This document shows positions 57,841-64,000 of a stretch of 64,000 nt of DNA, piece after piece. The notes under the pieces are model-generated. The model made no database searches, was not told where the DNA came from, and saw only the letters and a list, made by a program, of their open reading frames with translations. Source of the DNA: an uncultured Opitutia bacterium (GTDB lineage Bacteria > Verrucomicrobiota > Verrucomicrobiia > Opitutales > Opitutaceae); the NCBI GenBank assembly GCA_903873805.1, contig CAIQQB010000106.1:102672-166671 (forward strand). The letters are read 5' to 3'. Made by a program: the position numbers and the translations under genes. Numbering within the stretch: position 1 is the stretch's first letter; each line of letters opens with the position of its first letter.

Positions 57841-60471
57841 ATGTCCCGCCGCCTTCTGCCCATCCTTCTGCTGGCCGCGTCCGCGGTGGCGCGCGCCGCC
57901 GAGCCGCCGCTGTTTCCGGACGCGCCGCTGGCCGCACCCGCGCAGACGCCGGCAGGGGCCATGCTGCTGAAGCTGGCCGCGGCCCGGAGCGCGCTGGCGC
58001 TCGGCTACCCGTCGGTCGCGGCGGCGTTGGACGAGGAACTCCTGGCGGCGGCCGACACACCGGCGGCGGACCACAACGGTCTCGTGCTTGACCTGGTGAG
58101 CGCGCGGCTGAACGAAGGCCGGCTGGCGGAGGCGGAGCAGGCCCTGCAGCGCTTCACGGACCGGCCAGACTCGGCCTACCGCCTGCGGGCGGGACTGATC
58201 GCCGTGCGGTCGAAGCGGCTGGACCCGGCGCGGGCGGCGGTGGCGGCGATCCGCCCGGAGGAGCTGCCGGCGGGCGACCGCGGCTGGTTCTATTTTTTAC
58301 AGGGGGCGCTTGCAGATGCGACGGGCGATTTTGCCCGGGCGCGCGATGCCTACCAGCAGGCGGGGGACGCGGCGGGTTCGGACCTGCAGCGGGCGCAGTT
58401 CACGCTGGCCCGGGAGTTGGCGCGTCTTCGCGCCGGCGGGGTGAGCGAGCCAGACGCTGCCGCGTTGCGCCAGAACGCGGACCGGTTTCAGGGGCGGAGC
58501 GAGGGCTACGGCTTTGCCCGGCAGTACGCCGTGGCGTGGGCGGCGCTTGGGCACACGGGCGAGGCGGTCGCATATCTGCAGAAACAGCTGCAGGCGTTGC
58601 CGGCGGCTGAACGCGCGATCAGCGACAGTTTCCGGCTGGAACTGGGTTTGATCGCCGGGGCCCGTGACGGGGTGGGGCGCAACGCCCTGGAAAGCCTGCT
58701 GGCCGACGCGGACAACCAGGATTACCAGCAGGTGGCGCTGCAGCTCCTGGCCAACGCGGCGGGCGACGAGACGGCGCGGGCGGAGTTTCGCGGTCAGCTC
58801 GACCGACTGATCAATTCGCCGGTCCGGCATCCGATCCTCGAGGACCTGCTGCAGTTCCGCGCCCAGCTCGGGCTGGTGGAGAAAAACTATGCCGGGGCCG
58901 AGGCCGACGCGACCCAGCTGCTGCAACGGTTTCCCGGGTCGCAGCTCAAGCCGGATGCGCTGACGGTGCTGACCGGCGTGGCCTGGGAGAAGCACAACTA
59001 CCGCACCGCGGCGGCCCGGGCGGCGGAGGCGCACGCCGCGCTGCCGGCGGGTGACCTGCGCAGCCGGCTGGGTGTGTTGGCGGCCGAGGCGGATTTCCGC
59101 CACGGGGATTTTCAGAACGCCGTCGCAGCCTACGAAGAAGCGCTCAAAGAGCCGCCGCCGGACGTGGCGGCGGGCAACCTGATGTTCCAGCTGGTGCTCT
59201 CCGAGATCAGTGCCGGCCGGCTGCCGGACGCGGGCCGCCGCATCGACGATCTGGCCCGCGACCCCCGCTTCGACACCGTGAACCGCTGGCAGGCCGAGTG
59301 GAACCTCGCGCGGGCCATGCAGGCGGCCGGCCAGACGGAAGCGGCGCTGGCCCGGGTGGACCGCCTGCTGCAGGAAACGGGGCCCGCGAGCGCGGAGCTG
59401 GATGGGCTGCGGATCCGGCTCGGCTGGCTCCAGGTCCAACTCAACTTTGAGGCGGGCAAGTACGAGCGGACCATCCTCCTCGCCCAGGCCCTGCCGGATC
59501 CGGTGGCGGCACCGGCGGAGACGGGCTCCCCGCTTGGCCGCCAAGTGGCGGCGGGCACCCGGCTGCTGCAGGCGCGGGCCAACTTCAAGCTCAAGCGCCC
59601 CGAGCAGGCGGTCGCCCTGCTCAAGCAGCTGCGCGAAGACTTCACCCCGGCAGATTCGGCGGCATCGCCCCCCGACGCGGTGGTCTATTCATATGTAGCC
59701 GAGGCGGATTATCAGGCGGGGGAGGGGCGGCTGGTGGACGCCCAGATCCTGCTGATCAAGCTGGCGGACACCTTCAAGGGCCACCCCTACGCGCCCTACG
59801 CGCTCTACCTGGCCGCGGGTGATGCCGAGCGCCGTGGGTTGGACAAAACCTACAAGGACGCCTACGACATTCTGGGTCGGTTGGTGACGGACTACCCGCA
59901 GAGCGACCTGGTGTTTTACGCGCGTCTGAAGCAGGGCGACCTGCAGCGCCGGATGAACGATTTTGGCGGCGCGTTGCAGACCTACAAGTTTCTCACCGAC
60001 AATTTCGCGCAGCATGCGGACGTGCTCACCGCCGAACTCGCCCTGGCGGACTGCCACCGGGCCCTGATGTCCAGCGACAGCTCGCACTACGAGAGTGCGC
60101 TCAGCATTCTGGAGCGCCTGCAGGACCTCAAGCCCCCGCCGGCGCCGGCGCCGGTGGATCTGTATGTCGAGGCCTGCTACAAGCTCGGCGACCTGCTGGC
60201 GGCGCATGGCACGCCCGAGACACTGGCCGATGCCCAGAAGGTATGGTGGACGTTGGTCACCGGCCTGCTCCTTGATGAAACCCAGGCGGCCCGGCTGGGC
60301 CCGACCGGCCGGAGTTGGATGGCGCGCACGCTCCTCCATTTTGGCGACTCCCTCGTCCAGCAGAACCGTCTGGGCGAGGCCGGCGACGCCTACCGGCTGC
60401 TGCTGGCCAAGCAGCTGCCCTCCGACTCCGTGGCCCGCGCCAAGCTCGCCGCGGTGGGCGGCAAACCCTGA
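57841..60471 (+). CDS. secreted tetratricopeptide (TPR) repeat protein, YbgF/CpoB-like
   Basis: 876 aa from the ATG at 57841 with a signal peptide (MSRRLLPILLLAASAVARAAEP). Multiple TPR-like helical pairs follow. It is upstream of exbB/exbD. Confidence 0.75.
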   Translation: MSRRLLPILLLAASAVARAAEPPLFPDAPLAAPAQTPAGAMLLKLAAARSALALGYPSVAAALDEELLAAADTPAADHNGLVLDLVSARLNEGRLAEAEQALQRFTDRPDSAYRLRAGLIAVRSKRLDPARAAVAAIRPEELPAGDRGWFYFLQGALADATGDFARARDAYQQAGDAAGSDLQRAQFTLARELARLRAGGVSEPDAAALRQNADRFQGRSEGYGFARQYAVAWAALGHTGEAVAYLQKQLQALPAAERAISDSFRLELGLIAGARDGVGRNALESLLADADNQDYQQVALQLLANAAGDETARAEFRGQLDRLINSPVRHPILEDLLQFRAQLGLVEKNYAGAEADATQLLQRFPGSQLKPDALTVLTGVAWEKHNYRTAAARAAEAHAALPAGDLRSRLGVLAAEADFRHGDFQNAVAAYEEALKEPPPDVAAGNLMFQLVLSEISAGRLPDAGRRIDDLARDPRFDTVNRWQAEWNLARAMQAAGQTEAALARVDRLLQETGPASAELDGLRIRLGWLQVQLNFEAGKYERTILLAQALPDPVAAPAETGSPLGRQVAAGTRLLQARANFKLKRPEQAVALLKQLREDFTPADSAASPPDAVVYSYVAEADYQAGEGRLVDAQILLIKLADTFKGHPYAPYALYLAAGDAERRGLDKTYKDAYDILGRLVTDYPQSDLVFYARLKQGDLQRRMNDFGGALQTYKFLTDNFAQHADVLTAELALADCHRALMSSDSSHYESALSILERLQDLKPPPAPAPVDLYVEACYKLGDLLAAHGTPETLADAQKVWWTLVTGLLLDETQAARLGPTGRSWMARTLLHFGDSLVQQNRLGEAGDAYRLLLAKQLPSDSVARAKLAAVGGKP

Positions 60472-60526
60472 ACGAGGGTTTGCGCTGCACCGTCCGCTCC
60501 CCTCACACTCCGCACCTTTCAACCCG

Positions 60527-61219
60527 ATGTCCCCGTCCGAACTCAAATTCAGCCTGCTGACCGACGGCGGTCCCATGGTCTGGGTCCTGCTCCTTATGGC
60601 GGCGGCGGGCGCCGTCATGCTGGCTGAGCGCACCTTCTACCTGCACCGGGCCCAGATCCGCACGACGGCGTTTCTGGCCGGACTCAAAAACATCCTGGCT
60701 AAACGCCGGATCGTGGAGGCGCTCACCGTGTGCGAAGAAACCCCCGGACCGGCGGCCGCGGTCGTCAAGGTGGCCCTGCTGCACGCCCACGACGACGAGG
60801 TGACCATGCGCTATGCCGTGCAGGAGGCCGCCCTCGTCGAGTTGCCGTCTCTGGAACGCCGGCTCGGCGCGATCGCCGCCCTGGCGCAGGCCGCACCCCT
60901 GGTCGGGCTGCTCGGCACCGTGCTCGGCATGGCGACCACATTTCACGCCTTCTCCCAAGGTTCGGCGCAGTATCAGACCGTGCAGCAGCTGTCGCACGGC
61001 ATGTGGCAGGCCTTGCTGGCCACCGCCGCCAGCCTCGCCGTAGCCATTCCCGCCCACCTCTCCCACCAATTTCTGCAGGCGCGCGTCCGCTCCATCGTCC
61101 GTGATGTCGAATGGTCCGCCAACGAGATCATGCGCTACCTGCTCACCGAATACCGCCAGGCCCCCGCCGCGGCGGACCCGGCGCCGGAGGGAACGCCCGA
61201 CGGGGGGCCGCCGCCATGA
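60527..61219 (+). CDS. MotA/TolQ/ExbB proton-channel family protein
   Basis: 230 aa with 3 TM helices. The conserved 'PLVGLLGTVLGM' is the TolQ/ExbB signature. Confidence 0.85.
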   Translation: MSPSELKFSLLTDGGPMVWVLLLMAAAGAVMLAERTFYLHRAQIRTTAFLAGLKNILAKRRIVEALTVCEETPGPAAAVVKVALLHAHDDEVTMRYAVQEAALVELPSLERRLGAIAALAQAAPLVGLLGTVLGMATTFHAFSQGSAQYQTVQQLSHGMWQALLATAASLAVAIPAHLSHQFLQARVRSIVRDVEWSANEIMRYLLTEYRQAPAAADPAPEGTPDGGPPP

Positions 61220-61647
61220 TCACCCGTCCGCTCGACCTGGCTTCCCGGCTGGCGCCGCCGCCGCGTAATTTCGATCTATTCTTCTATGTGAACGTGCCAC
61301 TGATCGTACTCTTTTTCAGCCTGTTTTACTCGCGCTTCGTGCTGGCCCCGGGTCTGGGCATGGACTTCAGCCTGCCAGTCATCGCGGGGGCGGACGCAGG
61401 AGCTCGACCAACCGACATCGTCATTGCAGTCCGCAGCGCCGACATGATCCTAGTGGAGGAGACGGTGCTCAAGCTGTCCCAGCTGCAACCCTGGCTCATG
61501 CAGCAGGCGCGTGGGCGCTCCGGCCTGCGGCTGCTGGTCCAGGTGAACGCCGGACTGCCGACCAAGGACACGATGTCCATTGCGGAAATGGCCAAAGCGG
61601 CCGGATTTGAGGTGCAGATCGCGGCCGAGCCTCCGGCGGAACCGTAA
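61216..61647 (+). CDS. ExbD/TolR biopolymer transport protein
   Basis: 143 aa with a single N-terminal TM and a periplasmic domain. Its start overlaps the exbB stop (ATGA). Confidence 0.8.
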   Translation: MITRPLDLASRLAPPPRNFDLFFYVNVPLIVLFFSLFYSRFVLAPGLGMDFSLPVIAGADAGARPTDIVIAVRSADMILVEETVLKLSQLQPWLMQQARGRSGLRLLVQVNAGLPTKDTMSIAEMAKAAGFEVQIAAEPPAEP

Positions 61648-61660
61648 TCCGGGCGGCTCC

Positions 61661-62386
61661 ATGCCCACGAACGTCAAGTTTCCCTGGGGGCTGGCCGGAC
61701 TGCTGTCCGTCGCACTGATCGTTGCGGCGGTGACCTGGCTCCGGTTGCCGCCATTGCCGGGTCCCGTCGGACCGCCGGGACCGGCGGCAAAAGCCACGGC
61801 TCCCCGGCTCTATTTCGCCGGGGATTCATCCCGGCAGAATGAGGCGATGCTGCCGTATGATCCAACCCCGCTGTTTTTGCCGACCCAATGGAACAGCGGG
61901 CAGGCCGCCGCTCCCCGCGCCCTGATCCCGGAATCCGGCCGACTGGCCGCTGCCATCGAACCGAAACTGAACCTTGGGGATGACTTTGGGTTGCAGTTTC
62001 CGGCGACCGTGGCCGTGCCGGCGACCCCGGTCTTGGGTCTTGGGCTCACCGAGCGGGGCGAGGCTCCGCTGGCGCTGGGCCGGACCGACGGTAACTTGGC
62101 CAAGCTTCCGCTCCGCTCGGGGTTTGTGGAGGCGGTGGCGGTGGGGACCGGCCAAGTGGTTCTGTCGCAGGCCCTGCCAGCCGGTGAAGGCGGGCCCGAC
62201 GGTGACTGGCAGCCACTGGAATTCATGGGCAATGTCGGCGTGGCCGGACTGGTCGGCGATTTGGCGGTGGTGAACCCGTCGGGCTCCGCGCCCGTTGACG
62301 ATTTCTTCCGGACCAAACTGGTCCAGGCTATCCACATGGGCGAGCGGCTGCCCCCCGGAATCTACCTGTTTCGCGTCGGTCCGTAG
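61661..62386 (+). CDS. hypothetical membrane-anchored proline-rich protein (possible TonB/TolA-like energy transducer)
   Basis: 241 aa from the ATG at 61661. An N-terminal TM (GLAGLLSVALIVAAVTWL) is followed by the Pro-rich 'LPPLPGPVGPPGPAAKATAP'. The call is positional because the C-terminal domain does not clearly match TonB_C. Confidence 0.4.
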   Translation: MPTNVKFPWGLAGLLSVALIVAAVTWLRLPPLPGPVGPPGPAAKATAPRLYFAGDSSRQNEAMLPYDPTPLFLPTQWNSGQAAAPRALIPESGRLAAAIEPKLNLGDDFGLQFPATVAVPATPVLGLGLTERGEAPLALGRTDGNLAKLPLRSGFVEAVAVGTGQVVLSQALPAGEGGPDGDWQPLEFMGNVGVAGLVGDLAVVNPSGSAPVDDFFRTKLVQAIHMGERLPPGIYLFRVGP

Positions 62387-62481
62387 GAATTTGCATCGAA
62401 GTGCAAGTTTGCAGTTGACGGGGCAAAATTGGCGGCTCACGTTCGACCCTCTTTTCTCGTTTTTTGACCCAGTCTTAGTCT

Positions 62482-62557
62482 GCCCAGATAGCTCAGTTGG
62501 CAGAGCACGTCCTTGGTAAGGACGAGGTCGCCGGTTCGAATCCGGTTCTGGGCTCCA
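62482..62557 (+). tRNA. tRNA-Thr (anticodon GGT)
   Basis: Cloverleaf with acceptor GCCCAGA/TCTGGGC, anticodon stem CGTCC/GGACG around loop TTGGTAA, T-loop TTCGAAT and a CCA end. Confidence 0.9.
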
Positions 62558-62646
62558 GGTCAGATTACCACGTCGCAGGCTACCCCGACGCTAAAAACAG
62601 ACGGCCAATTTTCCAATCCAAACCCAACCTCCCGTCCCAAACCTCC

Positions 62647-63837
<1,191 letters not shown>

Positions 63838-63865
63838 TCGTTGCATCGAACTGTTTTCCACGACC

Positions 63866-63893
63866 GCCGAGGCTTCCCCCAGGGGGCCTCGGC
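63866..63893 (+). terminator. putative tuf terminator hairpin (gccgaggc-ttcccccaggggg-cctcggc)
   Basis: An 8-bp GC stem with an inner C5/G5 extension, 29 nt after the tuf stop. It lacks a clear U tract. Confidence 0.45.
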
Positions 63894-63921
63894 TGCGTCG
63901 TCTAAAAACCATCAATCATAC

Positions 63922-63997
63922 AGGGGTGTAGCTCAATTGGTAGAGTAGCGGTCTCCAAAACCGTTGGTTGGGGGTTCGATTCCCTCCGCCCCTGCCA
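63922..63997 (+). tRNA. tRNA-Trp (anticodon CCA)
   Basis: Acceptor AGGGGTG/CGCCCCT, anticodon stem GCGGT/ACCGT around loop CTCCAAA, T-loop TTCGATT and a CCA end. This is the usual tuf-tRNATrp(-secE-nusG) arrangement. Confidence 0.9.
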
Positions 63998-64000
63998 GCC

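Overview
This is a high-GC (~68-70%) bacterial chromosomal segment whose gene content and protein signatures point to Verrucomicrobia, probably Opitutaceae. It is mostly core genome: prfB, tatC, the GDP-fucose genes gmd/fcl, cysH, valS, glnD, sucCD, rph, hprK, the kdsC-lptC-lptA-lptB supraoperon, lptF/G, rlmN, and exbBD with tRNA-Thr, tuf and tRNA-Trp at the 3' end. Accessory features are interspersed between these.

The most unusual items, in rough order of interest:
- An ECF sigma factor fused in one polypeptide to a His-rich multi-TM NfeD-like membrane/OB-fold domain, sitting directly upstream of a flotillin (SPFH) gene.
- A BlaI repressor translationally coupled to a 1470-aa BlaR1-like M56 sensor peptidase that is fused to an NHL beta-propeller and two tandem secretin-like modules.
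- A 1926-aa protein with N-terminal Sel1 repeats, a long coiled coil built from 136-aa repeats, and a C-terminal LysM domain, followed by an orphan LuxR-type response regulator.
- A REP-associated tyrosine transposase (RAYT) interrupted by an in-frame TGA, together with four REP hairpins, one pair forming a perfect REPIN.
- The classical +1 programmed frameshift (CTT TGA C) in prfB, which the ORF track splits.
- AT-rich 'CCAAAATCCAAAATC' mini-repeats embedded in-frame in three coding sequences.
- A 29-bp perfect inverted repeat and a glyoxalase-family gene inserted between sucC and sucD.
- Several perfect palindromes and heptamer tandem arrays in promoter regions.

The ORF track calls GTG/TTG starts as M, so I re-derived many start coordinates from the nucleotide sequence. 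No CRISPR array, rRNA or complete IS element is present.
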